Assembly: GCA_963840455.1 (NCBI GenBank) | Contig: CAWIYV010000014.1 | Coordinates: 512,001 to 576,000, forward strand | Origin: Nitrospirota bacterium | Lineage (GTDB): Bacteria > Nitrospirota > UBA9217 | DNA length: 64,000 nt | Direction of reading: 5' to 3' | In this document: positions 9,237 to 18,438 of the stretch, in pieces | Numbering within the stretch: position 1 is the first letter of the stretch | Layout: every line of letters begins with the position of its first letter | Notes under the pieces: generated by a model | Database searches by the model: none | What the model saw: only the letters and a program-made list of their open reading frames with translations | Told to the model about the DNA's origin: nothing | Translations under genes and position numbers: made by a program

Positions 9237-9641
9237 TCATTCTCCTTTCATCGCGCAGGAGAGCCGGCCCATCACGCCCAGGGAGGCTGACAGCGCCCGC
9301 GCCTTCTTCTGCGGTCCTTCCGCAAGGGCCTGGAGAAGCGGTTCGCAGAAGTACCACGTGCATTTCCACGCCCGCTGCCACCGAGGCTTCTCGCATCCCG
9401 AAGCTCCCATGAACTGGCAGGACCCGTCCACTGGCCGGGACGGGTCATGGGGCGGGACCTCCTCACCCAGTGCAGCCAGATAGGCACGGTCATCCTCCGT
9501 GAACAGGCCATGGCGCTGTTTGCAGCAGACCTCGGTGCAGGAGGGGCAGATCTGCCGGGTGTATTCCTCGATGAGCGGCGAACTTTCGATAAGGAGCTGC
9601 TTCAGGCGGCGGGCTGTTTCGGCGGATGAGGAGAGCGTCAT
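9237..9641 (-). CDS. Cys-cluster protein (YkgJ/CxxCxxCC-like)
   Basis: CPSCTEVCC...CQFMGASGC...RAWKCTWYFC. Confidence 0.7.
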   Translation of the reverse strand: MTLSSSAETARRLKQLLIESSPLIEEYTRQICPSCTEVCCKQRHGLFTEDDRAYLAALGEEVPPHDPSRPVDGSCQFMGASGCEKPRWQRAWKCTWYFCEPLLQALAEGPQKKARALSASLGVMGRLSCAMKGE

Positions 9642-9649
9642 AAGGCAGC

Positions 9650-10501
9650 CTACCGTATAATAAGGGTGTCCACGGAGATCAGGATCATTACTGCTGCGAT
9701 AAAAACGTTGATCAGCGGGAAAGCGGCCCGAGGCAGTGATGGTCTGCGCAGCAGCCCGCCTGTACCGAGGGACGACAGCAGCGCTGACAGAAGGAGCAAC
9801 CCGTAGAGCAGCGGAGTGCGTACCATGCCGAAGAGCGGCAGGAGAAGGCTCGCTGCCGCCGCTGCTGCGGTCCAGAGAACAATGATCCCTGAAAGAAGCT
9901 CGCGGGGGAACACCTTCGTGAGTGTCGGCAGTCCGGCCCGTCCGTAGTCGTCAGCTGACCGGAGCAGGAGCAGCCAGAAGTGAGGGACCTGCCAGAGGAA
10001 GAACAACATGGCGACAACGGCAAGGCGGGGGTCAGTGATGCTGCCGCCTCCTGCCGCCCAGCCGATGGCGGGCGCGGCCATGCCGACCGGAGCGCCATAG
10101 ACCGCGGCAAAAGCGGTCTTCCGCTTGAGCCAGGTATAGAGGCCGTTGTACCAGGCCATCGCAAGGACGCCGAGGACAAAGGGCAGCGGTCCGGAGCGGC
10201 CGAGGAGGACGAGACCGGCGAGCATCGCTGTGAACGACGCGATGAGCGCATTGCACGGAGTCAGCAGGCGGGCAGGCAGGGGACGGTACCGGGTGCGCTC
10301 CATCAGTGCATCGATGTCACGTTCCTGGACCTGGTTCAGCGCCGAGGCGCCGCAGGCAAGCAGAAAGACGCCTGCGGCGGTCAAGAAAATGTCCGCTGTT
10401 ATGACAGGCGAAGCCACGATCTGGCCCATGACGGCAGAGCCGGTCACGAATAGCGCGACCGGCAACCGGAAAAGAGTTCGATATGAGGCGAGGGGCGTCA
10501 T
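9650..10501 (-). CDS. cyoE: Protoheme IX farnesyltransferase (heme O synthase)
   Basis: NQVQERDIDALMERTRYRPLP, LWQVPHF and DDYGRAG. Confidence 0.9.
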   Translation of the reverse strand: MTPLASYRTLFRLPVALFVTGSAVMGQIVASPVITADIFLTAAGVFLLACGASALNQVQERDIDALMERTRYRPLPARLLTPCNALIASFTAMLAGLVLLGRSGPLPFVLGVLAMAWYNGLYTWLKRKTAFAAVYGAPVGMAAPAIGWAAGGGSITDPRLAVVAMLFFLWQVPHFWLLLLRSADDYGRAGLPTLTKVFPRELLSGIIVLWTAAAAAASLLLPLFGMVRTPLLYGLLLLSALLSSLGTGGLLRRPSLPRAAFPLINVFIAAVMILISVDTLIIR

Positions 10502-10663
10502 GATCTCACCCAACTGGACAGAAGCTTGAGATTCCTCACGCCACAGAGACAGCCGAGGACGCCGAGAGAAGCCGGACACCTTTTAGCAGGTATTTCTTAG
10601 CTCTCTCTGCCAGTGGCCTGCGGTCATGACCTCTGTGGCAAGAATGGTTTGATGTACTGTGCG

Positions 10664-11596
10664 TCACTTCAGGGTTTTCAGATACTCGATGATCGCATTG
10701 ATCTCGGCGTCCGTGAGCAGGCCCTTTTGCGATGGCATGATGGGCGGAAAGCCCTTGATTCGCGCCTCCTCCGGCTCCAGGAGCTTGTGATGGATGAATG
10801 CCTCGTCCGCGACGGCCTCGGTCTCCTTTCCCGCGCGGATCACGGCCTCTTTTTTCCCGAAGAGCCCTTTGAAGGTCGGCCCGATCTTGGGAGAGCCGTC
10901 TATACTGTGGCATCCCAGACATCCTTTCTCCTGAACGAGGCGGGAGCCGCTCGGGGCAGGAGATGGCCCCTTCGCTGCCGTACCGGCGGCCTTCTCTCCC
11001 TCGCGGTACCAGCTGTCAAAGGCCGCTGCTTGCACGACCTCCACTTTCGTTATCATTGACGAATGTCCCATGCCGCAGTATTCGGTGCAGAAAATGTCGT
11101 AGGTCCCTACCTGGTCCGGCCGGAACCAGAGATAGGTCTCCCGGCCGGGAACTGCGTCCTCTTTCACGCGGAACGCCGGTATGAAGAGGCTGTGGAGCAC
11201 ATCGAGCGAATTGATCGTGAGCTTCACCGGCCTGCCGAGGGGGAGTTTCAGGACGTCGGAATGAGCGCCGTTCCCGTATTCAAATCCCCAGGACCACATG
11301 CGCGCCGTCACCTTCACGACCATGGCATCCTTCGGGACCGTGCGCATGTAAACAAAGCCCTTCCAGCCGACCCAGAAGATCGCCATCACCAGAATCAGCG
11401 GAATGGCCGTCCAGACGATCTCGAGCGCCAGGTTCCCCTCAATGTTCTCCGGTCTAGGGTTCCTGCGCCGGTTGTACCGTACTACGAAATAGAGCATCAC
11501 GCCGGTGGTGCCGGCCAGTAAAATGACCGATATCGTCATGATGAACAGAAAGACGCTGTCTACGGAGCTCGATAGATTTGTCCAGCCGTGCACCAT
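10664..11596 (-). CDS. coxB: Cytochrome c oxidase subunit II with C-terminal cytochrome c domain
   Basis: DVLHS, CuA motif CTEYCGMGHSSM and one CLGCH. Start may be 11611. Confidence 0.95.
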   Translation of the reverse strand: MVHGWTNLSSSVDSVFLFIMTISVILLAGTTGVMLYFVVRYNRRRNPRPENIEGNLALEIVWTAIPLILVMAIFWVGWKGFVYMRTVPKDAMVVKVTARMWSWGFEYGNGAHSDVLKLPLGRPVKLTINSLDVLHSLFIPAFRVKEDAVPGRETYLWFRPDQVGTYDIFCTEYCGMGHSSMITKVEVVQAAAFDSWYREGEKAAGTAAKGPSPAPSGSRLVQEKGCLGCHSIDGSPKIGPTFKGLFGKKEAVIRAGKETEAVADEAFIHHKLLEPEEARIKGFPPIMPSQKGLLTDAEINAIIEYLKTLK

Positions 11597-11677
11597 AATT
11601 ACCTCATTCAAAATTCAGAATCATAATTCAATATTGCTTCACGAAGAAATATTCCCTGTCGAATCTTGAATTTTCTC

Positions 11678-11962
11678 TTACCGATACCAGATATCGAAGA
11701 ACGTGAGCCCGATGATGACCGCAAGGGTCACAATGGGCGCGAGGAACAGGCCTTTGAAGAGCCGGGACTCGTACTTGAGGTGCATGAAGAACCAGAGCAC
11801 CAGTCCTGCCTTGAGCGACGCGATCACAAGCGCGGTCAGCGTGCTGAACCTGCCGAGATGCAGCTCTGCCACCGTTACGGTGATCGCCGTAAGCGCGAGC
11901 AGCGCGAGCCAGACTTTAATGAAGGTCTTTTGCGGGACTATGTGAGCTTCCGGTTCTTTCAT
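11678..11962 (-). CDS. coxD: Cytochrome c oxidase subunit IV
   Basis: IASLKAGLVLWFFMHLKYE and three TM helices. Confidence 0.9.
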   Translation of the reverse strand: MKEPEAHIVPQKTFIKVWLALLALTAITVTVAELHLGRFSTLTALVIASLKAGLVLWFFMHLKYESRLFKGLFLAPIVTLAVIIGLTFFDIWYR

Positions 11963-12019
11963 ATGTTCAGTTGATCTTGTATGCTGAGCCTTAAACGTTG
12001 AACCTTCAACCTCTTTCCC

Positions 12020-12301
12020 CTACCTCAACGGCTCACCGCAGTGCCGGCAATGCGTCGGTGTAAGGATCGACCAAGTGAACAGCTCCATGCCGAGAAACTT
12101 CCGCGGCCTGAGCAGAACGGGCATCCGGCACTTTGGGCAGCGCATGAGGAATGCCACCAGGATGTAGCACACCAGGCTGGCCATGAAGAACCCGATGACC
12201 ATCAGGTGGCCCGCCTGGAAGCCCCAGACGCCCGAGCCGAGCAGCAGGAAGACAATGAACCAGACGATCAGGACGACCTTGTGCTTTGCTCTGCGGCCCA
12301 T
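12020..12301 (-). CDS. Small membrane protein with two CxxC motifs
   Basis: Two TM helices, then CPKC...CRHC. Confidence 0.7.
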   Translation of the reverse strand: MGRRAKHKVVLIVWFIVFLLLGSGVWGFQAGHLMVIGFFMASLVCYILVAFLMRCPKCRMPVLLRPRKFLGMELFTWSILTPTHCRHCGEPLR

Positions 12302-12309
12302 GCGCTTTC

Positions 12310-12924
12310 CTACGTGATCAGATAGAACAGCGGGAACAGATAGATCCAGATCAAATCCACGAGGTGCCAGTAGAGTCCGGCGTTCTCCAGTTTGACTTGG
12401 TCACTACCCGTGATCTGCCGCCTGACAGTCTGTGTCAGCATGATCCCGATGAGGACGAGGCCTGCCACGACATGAAGCCCGTGAAGACCGGTCATGACAT
12501 AGTAGAGACCGTAGAACAATATCTGTCCATGGCCGCGCGCGAGCAGTTCCGGCGCGTTCGGATAGATACCCTCGTGAATATGGCCGCTCCACTCGAAGTA
12601 CTTGTTCACGAGGAAAACGAGGCCCAGGACCATCGTCGCCGCCTGGAACTGGATCGAGCCCCGCGTGTTCCCGCTCTGGAGCGCCGTGATCGCCAGTGCC
12701 ATGGTCAGGCTGCTCGTGAGCAGGATCACCGTGTTGGCCGTGCCAAGGACCACGCTGAGCCCTGCTGCCGCGGCATGGAACTCTGCAGCGTTAACATAGC
12801 GGTAGACCGCGTACACGAGGAAGAGCCCGCCGAAGAGCAGGATCTCGGTGAACAGGAAGAACCACATGCCGAGCTTGGAGCCGGTGTAGTCGCGATGTTC
12901 GGTATTTGCAAGTTCGGTCGTCAT
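12310..12924 (-). CDS. coxC: Cytochrome c oxidase subunit III
   Basis: LGMWFFLFTEILLFGGLF, TGLHGLHV and YWHLVDLIWIYLFP. Confidence 0.95.
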   Translation of the reverse strand: MTTELANTEHRDYTGSKLGMWFFLFTEILLFGGLFLVYAVYRYVNAAEFHAAAAGLSVVLGTANTVILLTSSLTMALAITALQSGNTRGSIQFQAATMVLGLVFLVNKYFEWSGHIHEGIYPNAPELLARGHGQILFYGLYYVMTGLHGLHVVAGLVLIGIMLTQTVRRQITGSDQVKLENAGLYWHLVDLIWIYLFPLFYLIT

Positions 12925-13084
12925 AGGGTCGAGGCAAGAGAGATGAAAAGGCATTCAACGCATACAAAAGCTGATCAATTACGATGAACGCTGAGATCCT
13001 GTTCTGGCCTTCATGCTAGGTAAATATCATGGCTCTCTGCAGCGATCGACAGCGTCGAATGCATGTCGTCTATTGCATGCACGG

Positions 13085-14671
13085 TCACTTGTAGCTATAT
13101 GGCCCTGTCGTGACCTCGGGCACTTTCTCGAAGTTCTCCGTGGGCGGCGGAGATGATGTCTGCCACTCCAGCGTAGTTCCGCCCCAGGGATTGTTCCCCA
13201 CGCGCGTACCGCTGCGCATGGACCGGAGCAGGTTCACGAGCATGAGGATGATACCCGTGGCAAGGATCCAGGAGCCGATGGTCGAGATGAGGTGGCCGGT
13301 GTGGTACTTCGGCAGGTAGTCGTAGTACCGCCGGGGCATGCCCTCCCAGCCGAGGACGAACATGGGGAAGTAGAGCGTATTGAACCCTATGAACAGGAAG
13401 GCGCAGGCGATCCTCGCCCGTTTCTCATTGTACATCCTGCCCCAGATCTTGGGGAACCAGTAGTGCAGTCCGGCGAAGAAGGCGAAGACCGTGCCGCCAA
13501 ACATAACGTAGTGGAAGTGGGCCACGATGAAGTAAGTGCCGTGGACCTGCACGTTCGTAGCAAGCGCCCCCTGGAGAAGCCCCGTCAGCCCTCCGATGGA
13601 GAAGAGAAAGATGAAACAGAGGGTGAAGAGCAGGGGCGCGTCCACCTGGATGGAGCCTTTGTACATACTGGCAATCCAGTTGAAGATCTTGATGCCGCTC
13701 GGGATCGCCACGAGGAAGGTGAGGAGCGAGAAGATCATCCGCGCTTCGTCGCTCATGCCGCTGGTGAACATGTGGTGGCCCCAGACGAGGTAGCCGAAGA
13801 GCGCGATGCCCAGGCTGGAGAATGCGATGGCCTTGTACCCGAAGATTGTGCGGCGACTGAAGACAGGGATGATCTCGGTGACGACGCCCATGCCCGGCAG
13901 GATCATGATGTAGACAGCCGGATGCGAGTAGATCCAGAAGAGATGCTCGAAAAGGATGGGGTCTCCGCCCTTGGCGGGATCGAAGAAACCGATGCCGAAG
14001 GAGCGTTCGAGGATGATCATTACGAGCGTGATGGCAATGATCGGCGTCGCCAGAAGTTGGACCCACGCCGTGGCGTAAAGTGACCAGGCGAAGAGCGGCA
14101 TGCGGAACCACGTCATGCCGGGCGCCCGCATGCGATGGATCGTGGTAAGGAAGTTAAGCCCCGTGAGCGTGGACGAGATGCCGAGAAGGAACACGCCGAA
14201 CACAGCCAGGGAAACGTTGGTGCCGGTGCGGACGCTGTAGGGAACATAGAAGGTCCAGCCCGTGTCCGGCGGACCGCCGCCGGTGAAGAGCGAGGTGATG
14301 ACAACCGCGGCGCCGGTGATGTAAAACCACCACGACAGGAGATTGATCCGAGGGAAGGCAACGTCTTGCGCGCCGAGTTGGAGCGGCAGCAGGAAGTTGC
14401 CGAGCGCAGCCGGGATGCCGGGGATGATGAAGAGGAAAATCATGATCACGCCATGGAGGGTGAACAGTGCGTTGTAGGTCTGCGCCGAGATGAAGTGCGT
14501 ACCGGGAGCGATGAGCTCGAAGCGCATGGTGAGGCCGAGCGTCATGCCCGTCAGAAAGAACGTGAAGATGCAGGCAAGGTACAGGAGGCCGATCCGCTTG
14601 TGGTCCGTGGAGAATATCCATGCGCGGATGCCAGTGTATTTTCCCGGAGTATCGTAGAAGCTGGTTTCCAT
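13085..14671 (-). CDS. coxA: Cytochrome c oxidase subunit I, type A2
   Basis: STDHKRIG, GWTFY, YSHPAVY, VWGHHM, AHFHYV and GMPRRY. Confidence 0.97.
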   Translation of the reverse strand: METSFYDTPGKYTGIRAWIFSTDHKRIGLLYLACIFTFFLTGMTLGLTMRFELIAPGTHFISAQTYNALFTLHGVIMIFLFIIPGIPAALGNFLLPLQLGAQDVAFPRINLLSWWFYITGAAVVITSLFTGGGPPDTGWTFYVPYSVRTGTNVSLAVFGVFLLGISSTLTGLNFLTTIHRMRAPGMTWFRMPLFAWSLYATAWVQLLATPIIAITLVMIILERSFGIGFFDPAKGGDPILFEHLFWIYSHPAVYIMILPGMGVVTEIIPVFSRRTIFGYKAIAFSSLGIALFGYLVWGHHMFTSGMSDEARMIFSLLTFLVAIPSGIKIFNWIASMYKGSIQVDAPLLFTLCFIFLFSIGGLTGLLQGALATNVQVHGTYFIVAHFHYVMFGGTVFAFFAGLHYWFPKIWGRMYNEKRARIACAFLFIGFNTLYFPMFVLGWEGMPRRYYDYLPKYHTGHLISTIGSWILATGIILMLVNLLRSMRSGTRVGNNPWGGTTLEWQTSSPPPTENFEKVPEVTTGPYSYK

Positions 14672-14745
14672 AATGAGAGGCCAAAACCCCTTTGCCACAG
14701 GGTTGGCAGCCGCAGGCTGAAGCTTGCGGTTGCCAATCCATTACT

Positions 14746-15540
14746 CTATGCCGAGCCCCGCTTCTTCGTTGTCACCACAAGATAGAGGAAGAACGAGACC
14801 AACGTCAGGATCATCACGGTCCCCACGACCTTCAGGATGTTAAAGACGTAGGACTTCTTGAGCGGGTCGTAGCTGAAGCAATAGTTGAGCACCCTCGCGG
14901 CGGGTGTTCCGGTCCTGCCTTGAGCCGCCTCGGTGATCGCCATCGTGAGCTCGAAGGGCAGGAAGGTCGTTCCGTAGAGATACCGGACGACCTTTCCTCC
15001 CGGCGCGAGGATGATCACGACAACAGGATGGGAGAAGTCCTCTCCGTCGCGCTGGAATGTGAACCCCACGGCATCGGTGAACTTCCTGATGTTGGCGTTG
15101 TCGCCGGTCAGGAACGGCCACGCGTCCGTCGGGAAGGGTCTGCCGACGGCGGCGATGTAGTTCGGCTTCTTTTCCCGCGCCACCTCCGGACCCTCCTGTT
15201 CGTCAAAGCTGAGAGCGACGACACGGAAGTCCTTGCCCGGCTGCACGAGGTCCAGCTTGCCAAGGGTCTCGGCGAGGTTCGTCAGGAGCAGGGGGCAGAC
15301 ATGGGAACAGTGAAGGTAGACCGGTGCGATGATGGTGGGACGGTCCACGAGGCTCCTCAAGTTCACGGGTCTTCCGTTCTCGTCCTTGAGCGAAATATCT
15401 GCTGGGATGACGACCCCGAGTTTCTCGTCCAGCGAGATGTTGGCCGAGGTCGCCGTCGTTTCGTGGGCCGGCGCAGGAGCGGCGGCAACAAGGAGGAACA
15501 AAAGGAGAAGCAGTCTGCGCACGGGAGACCTCCCGGTCAA
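14746..15540 (-). CDS. SCO family copper chaperone
   Basis: CSHVCP, FSHP and YCFSYDP. Start approximate. Confidence 0.9.
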   Translation of the reverse strand: MTGRSPVRRLLLLLFLLVAAAPAPAHETTATSANISLDEKLGVVIPADISLKDENGRPVNLRSLVDRPTIIAPVYLHCSHVCPLLLTNLAETLGKLDLVQPGKDFRVVALSFDEQEGPEVAREKKPNYIAAVGRPFPTDAWPFLTGDNANIRKFTDAVGFTFQRDGEDFSHPVVVIILAPGGKVVRYLYGTTFLPFELTMAITEAAQGRTGTPAARVLNYCFSYDPLKKSYVFNILKVVGTVMILTLVSFFLYLVVTTKKRGSA

Positions 15541-15952
15541 GGATCAAATACTGCAAGCATGAGGAGCATAGCGCAATCAGCAGTGAAAATCAAGCGGACA
15601 TCTGTAGGGTATGGAGTGGGAGAGCGCAAAAAAACGATTCCCTTTTTTGGGCAGCCCGTTGGTTCTGCTGTGCTAAGCATGCAGGGCACATGTGCTTGTT
15701 TCCGCCATGATCTGGCAAACCCCTGCAGCGCTTCCCCTGCGGACGCGCTGCTTTGGGGTCGGTTCCTGTTCGATCCGTGTAAGGGCATGCGTCACGCACA
15801 GTTGTCGCAGCCGGGCTGCCCTGGGCATGGGGTGAAGCAAGGCTTAAGTCTTTACCCAAACACCGCGCGTCCCTGGAGCGGCCCTACACCCGCGGGGTGC
15901 AGGCGAAATTCCTGGGCACCCGTCTTGGCCTAAGGAAGCGTCCCGACAGGGC

Positions 15953-16255
15953 GAATCCAGGAGCGAGCGCATATCCTAGTCTTATTGGGAATAGCAATTG
16001 AATAGGATAAATATTACACCCTGAGGATCGAAGCTCCATTCAGTAATCTTCTGGGAGCTTAAACGCGCATGTCCGAGGCCGAAGGCCGAGTTTGTGCGGG
16101 CGGGCGGACGTGGCCTTAGACGGGACAGAAATTTCGTTGTCGCCCCCCTGCAGCAAGCTGTAGGGGAACTCCGATCCTCAAGGAAACGATCGTTATTCTA
16201 ATCGCTCGCGGATACCCCGCAACCTGCTGCGGGGAATGCGCTCGCTCCTGGATTT
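15953..16255. repeat. Two divergently oriented copies of the ~112-bp repeat
   Basis: A degenerate reverse copy at ~15953-16060 and a forward copy at ~16141-16255. Confidence 0.8.
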
Positions 16256-16376
16256 AGGACGCAAAAGGGATGTGCAAAAAAAGAATCTGTTCCTTTGTTC
16301 TGTGTCCTGCGCGACAGCGCGAGCCGGGCAGCAGAAAAAACGAATCTCTGTTTCGGGCGGCTTGGAGCCGGATAAG

Positions 16377-16416
16377 AAAACGAAAGCCGCCAGAAGGTCC
16401 TGGCGGCTTTCGTTTA
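16377..16416 (-). terminator. Intrinsic terminator downstream of trpS
   Basis: AAACGAAAGCCGCCAG...CTGGCGGCTTTCGTTT. Confidence 0.8.
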
Positions 16417-16435
16417 TCAGGATCAAAGGAGCTGT

Positions 16436-17422
16436 CTACAGCTTCATCGCGTCCTGGACCTTGGCAAGGGTCTCCTTTGCCACGACGCGGGCCCTGGCGG
16501 ACCCGGCTGCGATGATCTCGGCGACCTTCTTTGGATCAGCAGTGAGCGCGTTCCTTCGCTCCTGCAGGGGCCTGAGGTACTCGAGGAGGTGCTTCAGGAG
16601 CTCCTTCTTGTCGTCCACGCAGCCGATGCCGGCCCTGCGGCATTCCACGTTCACGTGGTCGCACCAGGATTTGGGCGCGAAGATCTGGTCGAGGGTGTAG
16701 AGCGGGCAGACATCGGGATTCCCCGGGTCCGACCGCCGCTGGCGCGCCGGATCAGTGACCATGGCCATGACCTTCTTCGTGATCTCCTCGGGCGAATCCG
16801 ACAGGTAAAGGCAGTTGTTGTAGCTCTTGCTCATCTTGCGGCCGTCGGTGCCCAGGAGCTTGGGATACTGCGTCAGGAGAGGCTGGGGCTCGGGCAGGAC
16901 GTCGCCGTAGAAGGCGTTGAACCTGCGGCCGATCTCGCGGGACAGCTCCAGGTGCGGCAGCTGGTCGATGCCCACGGGCACGAAGTCGGCCTGGTAGATG
17001 AGGATGTCGGCGGCCTGGAGCACCGGGTAGCCCAGGAACCCGTAGGTGTAGAGGTCGCGGTCGTCGATCTGCTCCATCTTCTCCTTGTACGTCGGCACGC
17101 GCTCGAGCCAGGGGAGCGGCGTGATCATGGAGAACAGGACGTGCAGCACGGCGTGCTCCGGGAGCTGGGACTGCTGGAACAGGACCGCCTTCTCCGGATC
17201 GAGCCCGGCTGCCAGCCAGTTGATGACCATCTCGTGGACATAGGAGCGCATCTTCGAGGTGTCGGCATACTGGGTCGTGAGGGCGTGCCAGTCGGCGATG
17301 AAGTAGTAGCACTCGTACTCGTCCTGGAGCTTTCTCCAGTTGTCGAGGGCGCCCATGAGGTTGCCGAGATGGAGCAGCCCGCTGGGCTGCATGCCGCTGA
17401 GTACGCGTTTCTTCTTGGTCAT
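16436..17422 (-). CDS. trpS: Tryptophan--tRNA ligase
   Basis: SGMQPSGLLHLGN, YPVLQAADIL and KMSKS. Confidence 0.97.
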   Translation of the reverse strand: MTKKKRVLSGMQPSGLLHLGNLMGALDNWRKLQDEYECYYFIADWHALTTQYADTSKMRSYVHEMVINWLAAGLDPEKAVLFQQSQLPEHAVLHVLFSMITPLPWLERVPTYKEKMEQIDDRDLYTYGFLGYPVLQAADILIYQADFVPVGIDQLPHLELSREIGRRFNAFYGDVLPEPQPLLTQYPKLLGTDGRKMSKSYNNCLYLSDSPEEITKKVMAMVTDPARQRRSDPGNPDVCPLYTLDQIFAPKSWCDHVNVECRRAGIGCVDDKKELLKHLLEYLRPLQERRNALTADPKKVAEIIAAGSARARVVAKETLAKVQDAMKL

Positions 17423-17522
17423 GAAAGTTCCTTAACCTAAGGGGTCGGAATCCAGGAGCCAGGAGATGGCGGAATGGTTCTTCTGTTCTTCAAGCTGCTC
17501 CCCTGACTTTTGGATCCTGATT

Positions 17523-18200
17523 CTAGAATCCCCCATCTCCCAGGAGCAGCCCTAGCAGGGGGCGGATGACGGGCGTCATGATCCTGCCGAGGATACCAGT
17601 GAATATGAGAAGCATAAGTATGATCATGCCATATCGTTCCAGCTGATAATATGCCCCTGCCAATTTATCGGGAAGGAGCCAGTAAACAATGCGGCTCCCG
17701 TCCAGCGGCGGGATGGGGATCAGGTTAAGCACGGCGAGCACCACATTGATGATGACGCCGTAACCCAGCATGAGGGTTACCGGGGTGGCGAACCATCCCC
17801 AGGCCGGCTCTGGTACATTCCCTTCGAGTCCCACCATCACCACGCGTAGGAGGAACGAAAATGTGACCGCCATGGCGATGTTCACACCGGGGCCGGCCAT
17901 GGATGAGAGTGCCATTCCTTTCTTCGGGTCCTTGAAATAACGCGGATCAATGGGTACGGGCTTCGCGTAGCCGAACAGCATCCGGCCGTCGGTCAGCAGG
18001 AAGAGCATCAGCGGCATGATGATTGTGCCGACGAGGTCGATGTGCGGGATGGGGTTCAGCGTGAGCCTGCCCATGTCGCGCGCCGTGGGGTCGCCGAGCT
18101 TGTTCGCTACCCAGCCGTGGGCCACCTCGTGGAACACGATGGCGAAGATGAGCGGCAGAGCCATGACAGCGATCTTTTGTATTGTTGAGAGCTCTTCCAT
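17523..18200 (-). CDS. Site-2 protease (M50)
   Basis: HEVAH and NLIPIPPLDG. Confidence 0.92.
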   Translation of the reverse strand: MEELSTIQKIAVMALPLIFAIVFHEVAHGWVANKLGDPTARDMGRLTLNPIPHIDLVGTIIMPLMLFLLTDGRMLFGYAKPVPIDPRYFKDPKKGMALSSMAGPGVNIAMAVTFSFLLRVVMVGLEGNVPEPAWGWFATPVTLMLGYGVIINVVLAVLNLIPIPPLDGSRIVYWLLPDKLAGAYYQLERYGMIILMLLIFTGILGRIMTPVIRPLLGLLLGDGGF

Positions 18201-18438
18201 AGAATCAAGTTTACCGCAGAGTACGCAGAGGGCGCAGAGGAGAAGCAGCAACAGAAGGAGTGAAATTGCGAAGGTTAGAAAGCGGGATACTGTCTTTAAG
18301 CGTTGTTGCCTTCCAGTTCCTTGATTTCAATAGATCTCAGCGATCTCTGCGGGCTCCGCGGTGAAAATATATTTGTGAAGACTGATACTAAGGGAAAAGG
18401 GGCCGATGTGTCAAGGGAAAATGCGGCGGAAAAGGGCC

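Noticed and set aside
15712-15726. Sigma-54 promoter (TGGCAAACCCCTGCA)
   Set aside because: GG-GC spacing is 9 rather than 10, and it faces away from the cox operon.
14692-15933. 413-aa plus-strand ORF and similar long antisense ORFs (for example 43016-44218, 51645-52889, 60515-61807)
   Set aside because: These are shadow ORFs opposite well-supported genes in GC-rich DNA, with no motifs.
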